Assembly: GCA_031261395.1 (NCBI GenBank)
Contig: JAISJT010000004.1
Coordinates: forward strand, 8,675-72,674
Direction: 5' to 3'
DNA length: 64,000 nucleotides
DNA from: Eubacteriales Family XIII. Incertae Sedis bacterium
GTDB lineage: Bacteria; Bacillota; Clostridia; Peptostreptococcales; Anaerovoracaceae
Positions within the stretch are counted from its first letter, which is position 1. Each line of letters starts with the position of its first letter. The position numbers were made by a program, and so were the translations under genes. The notes under the pieces were generated by a model. That model ran no database searches and was not told where the DNA came from. It was given only the letters and a program-made list of their open reading frames with translations. Below, piece after piece: positions 10,733-19,618 of the stretch.

Positions 10733-10759
10733 TTAGCACTCTCAATCAGAGAGTGCTAA
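10733..10759. promoter_or_regulatory. CIRCE element (HrcA operator) upstream of clpB
   Basis: Exact TTAGCACTC-N9-GAGTGCTAA; extended -10 TGGTATACT lies just downstream on the minus strand. Confidence 0.95.
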
Positions 10760-10786
10760 TTATTATCGTTCTATCGTATTATCGTT

Positions 10787-11329
10787 CTAAACCAATTTTT
10801 CGACTTGCGGCCGATTCAGCCAGCGATTTTCATACACATACTTCGTTCCGGTGGCTGCATATACAATTAGGATAATCCCGCCGGCAATCGGGATCAGGCC
10901 CATGAAAACCCACGTCCACCTCTTGTTGATATCATGCAAACGACGTACCCAAATCGAAAGCCCCGGAATGATATTGGCAAAGCCCCAGAGATAATACACG
11001 ATACCAAAACCCGCAAAGGGAATCGCTTCGTCCGAACTCAATACTTCCGGACCCATCGTAAGGCCCAAAATAAGCCCCAAAATAATCCCGATGATAAGAT
11101 TCGCAAGCACGACCCACCAATAGCCGGCACGTGACGTCCGGTCATCAAAATTCACATAATTGCGCCAATATCCCCGATACGATTCCCAAAAGCCCGCCAT
11201 ACGATGCTCCCCCGGGATATAGACCGGAGGCGCCTGCCCGTACTGCGGCGGAACCTGTTGCTGTCCATACGGCGGCGGCGCTTGCTGCTGCTCATACGGC
11301 GGCGGTTGGTTTTGATCAAATTCGCTCAC
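10787..11329 (-). CDS. DUF805-family membrane protein with Pro/Gln/Tyr-rich N-terminus
   Basis: YWRNYVNFDDRTSRAGYWW, IPGLSIWVRRLHDINK, LIPIAGGIILI. Confidence 0.88.
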   Translation of the reverse strand: MSEFDQNQPPPYEQQQAPPPYGQQQVPPQYGQAPPVYIPGEHRMAGFWESYRGYWRNYVNFDDRTSRAGYWWVVLANLIIGIILGLILGLTMGPEVLSSDEAIPFAGFGIVYYLWGFANIIPGLSIWVRRLHDINKRWTWVFMGLIPIAGGIILIVYAATGTKYVYENRWLNRPQVEKLV

Positions 11330-11353
11330 TACGATTCTCCTCTTACTACAAGC

Positions 11354-11896
11354 TTAGTACGATCCGAGTCCTGCGAGTCCCGCGAGCCCGAAAGCGGTGC
11401 CCAAGGCCACGACTGCAACAATCGCGACAATGGTAACGATCGCGCCGATGATCAAACCGGCAAGGCTGAGTCCAAAGCCTACGCCCGACTTGTAATCGTT
11501 CTTGGCATTCTTCGCCAGCACCACGCCAACAATGCCGAGGATCAATCCGACAAACCCCGTGATAAAAGCAAAAACGATAGCGAGGATGCCGACGATGAGC
11601 GAAGGCACATGCAACGGTTTTTCCTCTGCATAGACGGGCTGACCGTACTGCGGCGGCGCCTGGCCGTACTGCGGCGGCGCTTGGCCGTACTGCGGAGGGG
11701 CCTGCTCATACTGCGGAGGAGCCTGCTCAAAAACAGGAGGGGCTTGTTCAAATTGCGGCGGCGTTTGCTCGTATTGCGGCGCAGCCTGCTCAAAAACAGG
11801 AGGCTCTTGATACTCGGGCGTTTCGGGTGCAGGTGTAGCTTCGGTCGGTTCCGGTGCGGCGATAGGCTCTTCCGGAGTTTGATCAAATTCACTCAT
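11354..11896 (-). CDS. DUF4190-like membrane protein with N-terminal QAPPQYG heptad repeats
   Basis: ATG 11896 with GAGG SD; SLIVGILAI...GLILGIVGVVLA...GLIIGAI hydrophobic C-terminus. Confidence 0.7.
   Translation of the reverse strand: MSEFDQTPEEPIAAPEPTEATPAPETPEYQEPPVFEQAAPQYEQTPPQFEQAPPVFEQAPPQYEQAPPQYGQAPPQYGQAPPQYGQPVYAEEKPLHVPSLIVGILAIVFAFITGFVGLILGIVGVVLAKNAKNDYKSGVGFGLSLAGLIIGAIVTIVAIVAVVALGTAFGLAGLAGLGSY
11640..11812 (-). repeat. Intragenic 21-bp tandem repeat, about 8 degenerate copies
   Basis: Encodes QEPPVFE QAAPQYE QTPPQFE QAPPVFE QAPPQYE QAPPQYG QAPPQYG QAPPQYG. Confidence 0.9.
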
Positions 11897-11975
11897 AATT
11901 TCGACCTCCAATTCATAAAAGTTCAAAAGTTAAAAAATATTACAAATTTAGTATACATTTATTTTTCGCTTGCGT

Positions 11976-12401
11976 CTATATTTCTTCTTCTTCTCCTACT
12001 TCATGCAAGGTTCCGTCATCGACAAACATGATGTTGCGCCGCCGCAGTTTTTCCGCAAGCGTGCCGACAAAGACAATCGTGATAAGGCCGACGTCCACGC
12101 CGGTCTGCTCTGGAAACTCTTTGCGGAGCTGCGACACCAATTCTTCGGCGGTTTCACGGATGCTCACACCAAAACGCACGATGAGAAAAAGTTTCAAATC
12201 AAAGACGCCGGCCCGGAGTCTGGCCCGCGCAAAACCGGTTTCGTCCTCGGCTGCCGCTTTGGCGCCTTTGCGAAGCCGTCCCTTTGGATCGGAGACGATG
12301 AGCCGTCCGTCCATACCATCAATAACACGGGCGCACACGCCTTCGATGACGGCACGCCCGATCTTGATTTTTCCGTTTTTGTTTTCTTCCTGATAAACCA
12401 G
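11976..12401 (-). CDS. Asp23/Gls24 family protein (start uncertain; CTG at 12401 proposed)
   Basis: GKIKIGRAVIEGV...LKLFLIVRFGVSIRETAEELV...TGVDVGLITIVFVG; GAGG 9 nt upstream of the CTG. Confidence 0.75.
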   Translation of the reverse strand: MVYQEENKNGKIKIGRAVIEGVCARVIDGMDGRLIVSDPKGRLRKGAKAAAEDETGFARARLRAGVFDLKLFLIVRFGVSIRETAEELVSQLRKEFPEQTGVDVGLITIVFVGTLAEKLRRRNIMFVDDGTLHEVGEEEEI

Positions 12402-12414
12402 AGGCTTTTTCCTC

Positions 12415-13242
12415 TTATTCCTCGCCCCAGGCCTTGCCGAGGGAACTCGTTGCCGCGCCGCACGGATCAACGACCGTTGCGCCGCCGTCGATCAGCAGGT
12501 TTTGTCCCGTGATATAGCTGGACTCGTCGCTCGCAAAAAATATTGCCGCAGGAGCGATCTCATCCGGCTCACAAGCGCGCCCCAGCGGAGTGAACTGCGT
12601 GAGCAGGCCGAGCGCTCCGTAGATGTCGGTCCCCTGCGATTTGGCGAGACCCTGCATAGAATTCTTCAGCATATCGGTCGCCGTAGCGCCCGGGCTGATC
12701 ATGTTGATACGGATACCCTTTGACCCATAATCGAGAGCCACCGCATTTGTGAATCCCTGCAGCCCCGCCTTTGTCGTGCTGTACGCCGGCATCGCCGGAA
12801 TAGCGCGCACACCCGCCAGGCTTGCTACATTGATGATGGATCCGCCGCCGCTCTCGATCATCTTTGGAATCGCAAAGCGTGTCATATAGAACGCGCCGTT
12901 GATATTTGTGTTGATGATGTCAAGCCACTGCTGCACGGGGATATCCGTGACCGTGCCGGCCGGATCGATACCCGCGTTGTTCACAAGGACGTCAAGCTTG
13001 CCAAACCTGGCCACTGCCGCCTCTACCATCGCCTCGGCGTCCTCAATCTTCGTGATGTCCCCTGCAAAGATCGCGAGACTGTCTTCGGGAAACCCTGCTG
13101 CGAACTCCTCGAGCTTTTCCTTGCGCCTGCCGGACACAAGGATCTTCGCGCCTTCTGCGAGAAAACCCTTCGCGATCGACGCGCCAATGCCGACGCCGCC
13201 GCCCGTAATGATCGCTACTTTGCCTTCCAATCTGCCTGCCAT
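12415..13242 (-). CDS. SDR family oxidoreductase
   Basis: TGGGVGIG, NNAG, YSTTK, ISPG, ITGQNLLIDGG. Confidence 0.95.
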   Translation of the reverse strand: MAGRLEGKVAIITGGGVGIGASIAKGFLAEGAKILVSGRRKEKLEEFAAGFPEDSLAIFAGDITKIEDAEAMVEAAVARFGKLDVLVNNAGIDPAGTVTDIPVQQWLDIINTNINGAFYMTRFAIPKMIESGGGSIINVASLAGVRAIPAMPAYSTTKAGLQGFTNAVALDYGSKGIRINMISPGATATDMLKNSMQGLAKSQGTDIYGALGLLTQFTPLGRACEPDEIAPAAIFFASDESSYITGQNLLIDGGATVVDPCGAATSSLGKAWGEE

Positions 13243-13269
13243 GCTATTTCTCCTTTCAAAAACTTTGCG

Positions 13270-14202
13270 CTATTCGTCATCTCCGCCCATATTTTCGTTC
13301 CACTGATCGTTCCATTCACGGCCCGCAAGGTACACGTTCGCGTTCATTTCATTGCTGCGCTTCAGGATCGCCTGGAACACGTAATTGTCCAAATCATAGT
13401 AGAACGATTTGGCCGCAAGCTCACCGGGAACTCCGTCTTTGAGCAGTTTTCTGTTTTCGTCAAGCGCGGCAATGGTCTTCTTGAGGTAGTCGATCGTGAA
13501 ATCAAGTGCACGTTCGTCAAAGCCAAGACCGAATGCCGTGTGACCGGGGATGATGACGTCGGCGCCCATCGCGCGGATCTTTTCCAAATCTTCGATCCAG
13601 TGCAGGCGGCCCGCGTCCGAAATTTCACACGTGAACGGATGCGCCATATTGAATACGACGTCCGAACAAGCGACAGTCTTGATAGAAGGAATCCACATGA
13701 TCGTATTGTATTTGAGATCGCCCCAGATATGCGGGATCACTTCGATCTCAAAGCCATCAAGGTCGATATCGCCTTTTTTGTAGGGAGTGACTTTGATCGG
13801 CTTGGCCGGGCAATTGAAGATACCTATCTCGTCCTGCCAATGCTCAAGCTTGGGCAAAAACTGTTCCTCAATGACGTGGATATCCTCTTCGTAGGCATAG
13901 ACCGGCGTACCGGGAAACGCTTCGAGAAAAACCTGTGTGCCAAAATAGTGATCCGGATGACCGTGACTGATAAACAAGGCCTTAGGTTTCCTTCCGTGTT
14001 CATAGATCTCCGCGACGACACGGTGGGCATTTGACAGCGTCCACTGCATATCCCAAACGATGCATTCTTCCTTGCCCATGACGATCACGGACACGGCTTG
14101 GAATCCATCATCATTGGACACACACGAAAGCGTCCAAAGCTTGTCCGGGCCGTGCCAATTTTCCCGGATTTCCATTCTTTCCTTGATTTTTTGAACAGAC
14201 AT
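13270..14202 (-). CDS. Metallo-beta-lactamase-fold hydrolase
   Basis: SHGHPDHYFG, SDVVFN, IIPGH. Confidence 0.88.
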   Translation of the reverse strand: MSVQKIKERMEIRENWHGPDKLWTLSCVSNDDGFQAVSVIVMGKEECIVWDMQWTLSNAHRVVAEIYEHGRKPKALFISHGHPDHYFGTQVFLEAFPGTPVYAYEEDIHVIEEQFLPKLEHWQDEIGIFNCPAKPIKVTPYKKGDIDLDGFEIEVIPHIWGDLKYNTIMWIPSIKTVACSDVVFNMAHPFTCEISDAGRLHWIEDLEKIRAMGADVIIPGHTAFGLGFDERALDFTIDYLKKTIAALDENRKLLKDGVPGELAAKSFYYDLDNYVFQAILKRSNEMNANVYLAGREWNDQWNENMGGDDE

Positions 14203-14271
14203 GAAATTCTCCTCCTCGTATTACAAGTTACGCAATATAAACATTTTACGCGAGCGGGCGCGATTGTCAAT

Positions 14272-14301
14272 AAAAAACCGGCCTCGCACGCGAAACCGGT
14301 T
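14272..14301 (-). terminator. Rho-independent terminator after rpmB
   Basis: Minus strand AACCGGTTTCGC-GT-GCGAGGCCGGTT followed by a T run. Confidence 0.8.
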
Positions 14302-14327
14302 GTCATGAATCATTTGATTAAAGCTAA

Positions 14328-14519
14328 TCAGACGGCCTTTGTCACTTTTCCGGCGCGCAGACACTTCGTACATACCTTGATATGCTTGGGTGTACCGCCT
14401 TCGATGACCTTGACGGTCTGAATATTGGCATCCCACTTACGCCGCGTGTGACGGTTGGAATGCGAAACGTTGTTGCCGCTTGTCTGGCCTTTTCCGCAAA
14501 TTTCACATTTGTTGGACAT
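14328..14519 (-). CDS. rpmB: 50S ribosomal protein L28
   Basis: KCEICGKGQTSGNNVSHSNRHTRRKWDANIQ...VCTKCLRAGKV. Confidence 0.97.
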   Translation of the reverse strand: MSNKCEICGKGQTSGNNVSHSNRHTRRKWDANIQTVKVIEGGTPKHIKVCTKCLRAGKVTKAV

Positions 14520-14615
14520 GGTTCTCCTCACTTTCTTGCAAACGCACGAGAACTAATGTACCATGAAGCGAAATGAATTGCAAGCAAAAATTTGGACAAA
14601 TGAGTGTGAAACAAA

Positions 14616-16271
14616 ATGCCGTTTGACAATTACGTGGTAGGTGCAGTCGCCCGCGAACTGAACGATTTGTGCGCCGGCGGGCGCGTCGAACGCATCTATC
14701 AGCCTGAGCGCGAGGAGCTCATCCTTTGTATCAACCGTCCCCCCGGAGATGACAGGCCTGCAGGCCGCTACAATGTCCTGCTCTCCGCAAACGCAGGACG
14801 CCCCCTTTTGTATGCCGCCGAAAGCCGGGATGCCGGCCCGCAAAATCCGCCGGCCTTCTGTATGCTGCTTCGAAAATATCTGATCGGCGCGCGTCTGATT
14901 TCCGTGGCGCGCCTCGGCCGCGAGCGTATCGTGCGTTTTGACTTTGCCACTTCGAGTGAACTCGGCGTGAAGGGAGAGAGGAGTTTGCTCATTGAATTGA
15001 TGGGCAAACACAGCAATATAATCTTTTGCGAACCTATAGCCGGCGCCGAAGACCTGCGTATCGTGGACGCGATCAAACGCGTATCCGCCGATGTCAGCCG
15101 CATCCGGCAGACCCTGCCTGGCATGACCTACCTCATGCCGCCTCCCGGCAAAGGCATCTCGCCCGTCATGGCCGAAGAGACCAAACACGGAGATCTCACC
15201 GGAAAAGACGCCGCATATTTCGATCGTCTACTAAAAAACGGCGACTATGCGCCGAGGATCTTTTTCGAACCGCAGGATGACGGCTCTGCGAGGGAGGTCG
15301 ATTTCCACATCTTCGGGCTCGGCGTCTATGATGGATTGGTCACCCACGTTTTTGAAGGGGAGGATGCCGTCTCCTCAATGCTCGAGGCGTGGTACGACAG
15401 CCGCGAAACCGCAGGACGCGTCACTGCAAAGGCAAACGAAGTCGAAAGCGCACTCGCGCTCCGTCTGGACAAGCTCTACCTGAAAAAACAGCGCCTCCTC
15501 GAAGATCTGACAGATGCAGCCCGCGCAGGGGAACACCGAAAAACAGGCGATCTCATCACAGCAAATATCTGGCGCATCGAAAAAGGCGCGGGGCGTGTCG
15601 CGCTCGAGGACTATGCGGAAGACGGCGCAGTAAGGACCGTAGATCTCGATCCAAAGCTCACTCCCGCACAAAATGCCCAGCGGTATTACAAACTGTACAG
15701 CAAGGCCAAGACCTCCGCTGTGTTCAAGACTAAGCAGCTTGAAGAGACCAACGAGCAGATCGATTATCTCGAAAGCGTATCCCACTTCCTCAGAGACGCC
15801 AAAAACCCGGCAGAGATAGCCGGCCTGCGTGCAGAGCTCGAGGAGACCAGTTATCTCCGTCCGCGCGGCAAGAAGACAAAAGTCCGCCCCGGGCGCGGAC
15901 GCACGCAGCAGACCTTCAGCCCTGCAGAATACACTTTGTCCTCCGGAGCCAAGATCTTCGTTGGCCGGAACAATACCGAAAACGATGAACTGACTTTCCG
16001 CTTTGCAGACAAAGATGACCTCTGGCTGCACGCCAAGGATATCCCGGGCTCGCATGTCATCCTGAAGACAGAAGGACACCCTCCGGCGGAACAAGACCTA
16101 TTCGAAGCGGCGGCGGCGGCGGCATGGAACAGCAAGGCGCGCGCGTCAGAGGGAGTGCCTGTCGATTATACACAAGTGCGCTACGTCAAGAAGCCCTCCG
16201 GAGCCAAGCCCGGATACGTGATCTTTACAAAAAACCGGACCCTCTACGTCACACCGGCATTGCCTAAGTAG
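14616..16271 (+). CDS. rqcH: NFACT / RqcH (FbpA-like) ribosome quality-control protein
   Basis: MPFD, FCMLLRKYL, ELMGKHSNII, NAQRYYKLYSKAK, VGRNNTEND, WLHAKDIPGSHVI, VDYT, KKPSGAKPG. Confidence 0.92.
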   Translation: MPFDNYVVGAVARELNDLCAGGRVERIYQPEREELILCINRPPGDDRPAGRYNVLLSANAGRPLLYAAESRDAGPQNPPAFCMLLRKYLIGARLISVARLGRERIVRFDFATSSELGVKGERSLLIELMGKHSNIIFCEPIAGAEDLRIVDAIKRVSADVSRIRQTLPGMTYLMPPPGKGISPVMAEETKHGDLTGKDAAYFDRLLKNGDYAPRIFFEPQDDGSAREVDFHIFGLGVYDGLVTHVFEGEDAVSSMLEAWYDSRETAGRVTAKANEVESALALRLDKLYLKKQRLLEDLTDAARAGEHRKTGDLITANIWRIEKGAGRVALEDYAEDGAVRTVDLDPKLTPAQNAQRYYKLYSKAKTSAVFKTKQLEETNEQIDYLESVSHFLRDAKNPAEIAGLRAELEETSYLRPRGKKTKVRPGRGRTQQTFSPAEYTLSSGAKIFVGRNNTENDELTFRFADKDDLWLHAKDIPGSHVILKTEGHPPAEQDLFEAAAAAAWNSKARASEGVPVDYTQVRYVKKPSGAKPGYVIFTKNRTLYVTPALPK

Positions 16272-16278
16272 TAGTGAT

Positions 16279-16412
16279 CTCATCGCATAATTGCGGGCCG
16301 TTGGTTTGCTCCGGGTGCTGGTTTCGTTTCCGGAACGAAGAGTTCTATTTTGGCGTTCGCGGAAACGAAAAGGCAACCTCCGCAAACCAACAGCCCGCAA
16401 TTATGCGATGAG
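16279..16412. repeat. 134-bp imperfect palindrome (MITE-like)
   Basis: 31-bp terminal arms 16279-16309 and 16382-16412 differ at one position; inner arms tttcgtttccggaacg / cgttcgcggaaacgaaa. Confidence 0.85.
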
Positions 16413-16717
16413 CCATACCGTTTTGTAGAGAAAACTAAAACATTAAGAAGCGCATTTCGGCAATAGGTATGCGCAGGATGCCTTTGTGTTTCCAATAACG
16501 GTCAAATAGGGTTCTCAGCTCAGGAAACACAACCAGCATCCCCCAATCATGCGATGAGCCATACCGTTTTGCAGAGAATAGCAAAAACGTTAAGAAACGC
16601 ATTTCGGCCAATAGGTATGCACAGGATGCCTTTGTGTTTCCAATAACGGTCAAGTAGGGTTCTCAGCTCCGGAAACACAACCAGCATCCGGAGCATACCT
16701 ATTGGCCGAAAGGCGTT
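16398..16717. repeat. Two ~146-bp direct repeats; the second extends into a 122-bp palindrome (16596-16717)
   Basis: atgcgatgagccataccgttttg...caataggtatgc...ggatgcctttgtgtttccaataacggtcaa...ggaaacacaaccagcatcc occurs from 16403 and from 16549; arms aacgcatttcggccaataggtatgc / gcatacctattggccgaaaggcgtt. Confidence 0.88.
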
Positions 16718-16718
16718 A

Positions 16719-17708
16719 TCAACCTTTTAATTTCCGAAGCATCTCCCGGAAATAGGCGGGAGGAGCGCTTTCGAAGCACAGGCGCTCTCCGGTCCGCGGG
16801 TGGTCAAATCCAAGGGCGCAGGCGTGCAGATACTGCCCCTGTCCGGCGACAAGTCCTTTGGCCGGGCCGTAGAGATCATCGCCCAGCACCGGGCGGCTGA
16901 TATAGGCGAGGTGTACGCGGATCTGATGCGTGCGCCCCGTTTCCAAAGACAATTCTATCAGCGTGTATTCGCCCGCGTTTCCCGCGCCTCCGGGCAGACT
17001 GCCGAGGCGTTCGAGTACGCGCCAGTGCGTGACCGCCCTGCGCCCGCCGGGTTCCCTGCGGACCGCCTGGCGAAGCCTGTTTGACGGGTCACGGCCGAGC
17101 GGGGCGTCAATCGTTCCCTCTTCCTCACGGAAAGCGCCGATCGCAATCGCCATATAGCGCCGGTCGATCGAATGCTCGTGAAACTGCCCGGCCAGACCCG
17201 CATGGGCGAGGTCGTTTTTGGCGATCACGAGCAGACCGCTCGTATTTTTGTCTATGCGGTGGACGATTCCGGGACGTACCGCTCCGTTCACGCAGGAAAG
17301 CGCGTCCTCACCGAGATGGCCAAGCAAGGCATTGACCACAGTGCCGGTCTCGTTGCCGCGCGCCGGATGAACCACCATGCCGCGCGCCTTGTCGATCACG
17401 ATCACATCATCGTCTTCGTAGACAATATTCAGAGGGATATCTTCGGGCATAGCATTCAGCGGGACGCGCTTGTACAGGGTGATTTTGATTTCGTCTCCGG
17501 GACAGATGCGTGCGCTCTTGCTCGGGGTTCCGGACTTTCCGGCGATACGCACACCGCCCGATGCGATCAGTTCCTGCACGCGGCTTCGCGACAGATCGGG
17601 AAAGCGTTCCGCGATGGCCGCATCAAGCCGTTTGCCGGCATCCCCGTCGCCAAAGACCGCCTCGCGCTCTTCCGTCTCCTCGGTCTCGAGATAGAGTTCA
17701 TCTGTCAT
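16719..17708 (-). CDS. rluD: RluA/RluD family pseudouridine synthase
   Basis: S4 domain (RLD...SRSRVQELI), GMVVHPA, RPGIVHRIDKNTSGLL, LETGRTHQIRVHL. Confidence 0.93.
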   Translation of the reverse strand: MTDELYLETEETEEREAVFGDGDAGKRLDAAIAERFPDLSRSRVQELIASGGVRIAGKSGTPSKSARICPGDEIKITLYKRVPLNAMPEDIPLNIVYEDDDVIVIDKARGMVVHPARGNETGTVVNALLGHLGEDALSCVNGAVRPGIVHRIDKNTSGLLVIAKNDLAHAGLAGQFHEHSIDRRYMAIAIGAFREEEGTIDAPLGRDPSNRLRQAVRREPGGRRAVTHWRVLERLGSLPGGAGNAGEYTLIELSLETGRTHQIRVHLAYISRPVLGDDLYGPAKGLVAGQGQYLHACALGFDHPRTGERLCFESAPPAYFREMLRKLKG

Positions 17709-18195
17709 CGCCCGCAACCTCTTTTTCTTTGGCTGAATTTCCGTGAACAAAGAGGATGTAGATCCCGAGCAGGATGCACCCGCCTACGATACACATATCC
17801 GCAAAATTCCATATCGGGAAAGTCCCGACCGAAATGAAATCGATCACGTAGCCAAAACGAATCCGGTCGATCAGATTTCCCAGTCCGCCGCACGCGATCC
17901 AGCACAGCGCTGTTTGCAGCAGCGGATGCCGCAGACGCCGGTAGGTCAGGACAAAGGCAATCGCGACGACCACGAAAAGGATCGATTGCAGCGCGATGAG
18001 GATCTCCGGATGCCCCGCAAGCAGGCTGAATGAAACGCCCGTGTTTTGCGTATACAGAATGCGCGCAAACCCGCCGCCGGACGGCCAGGCCTCTCCAAGC
18101 GCCAAATGGTTTACAACGAGATTTTTGAAAAAGCGATCGAGCCAAAGAAAAGCGGCAAACATCGCGATGTAGATAATGAAATACGGCTTTTTCAA
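17698..18195 (-). CDS. lspA: Lipoprotein signal peptidase II
   Basis: QNTGVSFS, GGLGNLIDRIRFGYVIDFI, FPIWNFADMCI. Confidence 0.95.
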   Translation of the reverse strand: MKKPYFIIYIAMFAAFLWLDRFFKNLVVNHLALGEAWPSGGGFARILYTQNTGVSFSLLAGHPEILIALQSILFVVVAIAFVLTYRRLRHPLLQTALCWIACGGLGNLIDRIRFGYVIDFISVGTFPIWNFADMCIVGGCILLGIYILFVHGNSAKEKEVAGDDR

Positions 18196-18725
18196 GGAAT
18201 TTTGTGTGCTTTGAACGGACGAATCGTATTGTTGCCGCCTTCGGGCTGCTTGCCTTTTTCGTACGACTCGTCAAACAAGATACTGGCCGCGCTGCGGTCG
18301 AAACGCTCCAGTTCGGATTCAAGCAAATTGCGAAAACGCGCACCGAACAATTCCCAGCGCTGCGAAAGCGCGGTGCTTTCATCCCGCATCCTCTCGACAG
18401 AATCCCGCGCCTCACGCCGGATGCGTTCCGCATCGAGTTCAGCGCTCTTGAGCAAGAGCTCCGCGCGTTTTTCCGCACTGGCAGAGATATCCGCCATGAG
18501 AGCCTTTGCCGACTCGAGCGTGCTCAAGATCGAGTTTTCGGAACTTCGATAGCGTTCGATTTCCATCGCAAGCGACCTTGCGTTTTCCTTGAGTCCTTCG
18601 TTTTCGCGCAGGATGGCTTCAAGGTCCGCCGCCATCTCATCAAGGAAGCGATCGACTTCCTCCTCGCGGTAGCCGCGCACGCCTCGTGCGAATTCTTTTC
18701 GTTGAATAGCCGCCGGTGTGATCAT
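18192..18725 (-). CDS. divIVA: DivIVA domain protein
   Basis: MITPAAIQRKEFARGVRGYREEEVDRFLD followed by coiled coil. Confidence 0.92.
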   Translation of the reverse strand: MITPAAIQRKEFARGVRGYREEEVDRFLDEMAADLEAILRENEGLKENARSLAMEIERYRSSENSILSTLESAKALMADISASAEKRAELLLKSAELDAERIRREARDSVERMRDESTALSQRWELFGARFRNLLESELERFDRSAASILFDESYEKGKQPEGGNNTIRPFKAHKIP

Positions 18726-18737
18726 ATCAAATATCCA

Positions 18738-19037
18738 TTAATAAGCTATAGCGAGCAGGATCGCGACGACTATGCGCCGCACGATGATGATGAGGATGAA
18801 AGTCGCCATAGGAGCGAAATCTATAGGACCGGTGCGCACAAAGCGCGAAAGCAGGCGTCTGACCGGCGCTACGAGCGGCTCCGTGATTTGGCCGAGAACA
18901 TCGTAGATCCGGTGAAGCGTCCTGTTGTATTGGTTGCCGGAATACACGATCCAGCTCAGCACCGACCGCACCACCAAAATCAGTGTCAGTATATTGCATA
19001 CCCAAGAAACGACCGTAGCCGCAAAATATGCGCCCAT
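18738..19037 (-). CDS. YggT/YlmG family membrane protein
   Basis: VLSW...ITEPLVAPVRRLL...IDFAP; position between sepF and divIVA. Confidence 0.9.
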   Translation of the reverse strand: MGAYFAATVVSWVCNILTLILVVRSVLSWIVYSGNQYNRTLHRIYDVLGQITEPLVAPVRRLLSRFVRTGPIDFAPMATFILIIIVRRIVVAILLAIAY

Positions 19038-19059
19038 ACTCAGATCCTATCCCGGGGCC

Positions 19060-19617
19060 CTACGTCCACGGGTTTGCGCTGTCGTCCCCGTATTTGAAAA
19101 CGCCGGCATCGGAATTTGCCTGTACATCGACATTTTCCGGCAGGAACACGAAGATATTCTGCGCGATCTTTTGAACATTGCCGCCGAGTGCGTAGGTCGC
19201 CCCGGACAGAAAGTCAAATATCTTGCGAGCGGTATCATTTTCGATACGCTCGAGGTTGATGATTACGGGTTTGCGCGCCTTGAGGCTGTCGACAAGACGG
19301 GGGCATTCGTCAAAAGCCTTGGGCTCAATGACGACGATTTTGAATCGTGACGTCAATTTTTCGATGGTTTGACGGCCCGGCAGGGGGATCAGATTGTCGC
19401 GAACGCCGGAGCTGTCCTTGCTCGCGGAAAGCGGCTCGCGCAAAGGCTCGCGTCTCGGGAAAGAATCGGTATTCGGAGCGAGCCCGTAAGTACGCCGCGG
19501 CTCCGCAACGCTGCGCGAAGACTCGGAACGCTTTGGCTCCGCTTCGTCGTCCTCGTTGTCGTAGAAGTCCTCGTCTTCCGCATGTACAAGATCTTTGATC
19601 TTATCGAACAATCCCAT
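19060..19617 (-). CDS. sepF: Cell division protein SepF
   Basis: MGLFDKIKD; VIEPKAFDEC, VIINLE, IFDFLSGATYALGGNVQKI, FLPENV. Confidence 0.93.
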   Translation of the reverse strand: MGLFDKIKDLVHAEDEDFYDNEDDEAEPKRSESSRSVAEPRRTYGLAPNTDSFPRREPLREPLSASKDSSGVRDNLIPLPGRQTIEKLTSRFKIVVIEPKAFDECPRLVDSLKARKPVIINLERIENDTARKIFDFLSGATYALGGNVQKIAQNIFVFLPENVDVQANSDAGVFKYGDDSANPWT

Positions 19618-19618
19618 A

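Noticed and set aside
10546-10875. 109-aa ORF containing VIPGADPES
   Set aside because: Spans clpB start, repeats and CIRCE on the opposite strand; open only because the element lacks stops
16279-16717. Integron attC cassette array
   Set aside because: Ends do not fit RYYYAAC/GTTRRRY, no cassette ORFs and no integrase; retained only as unexplained palindromes
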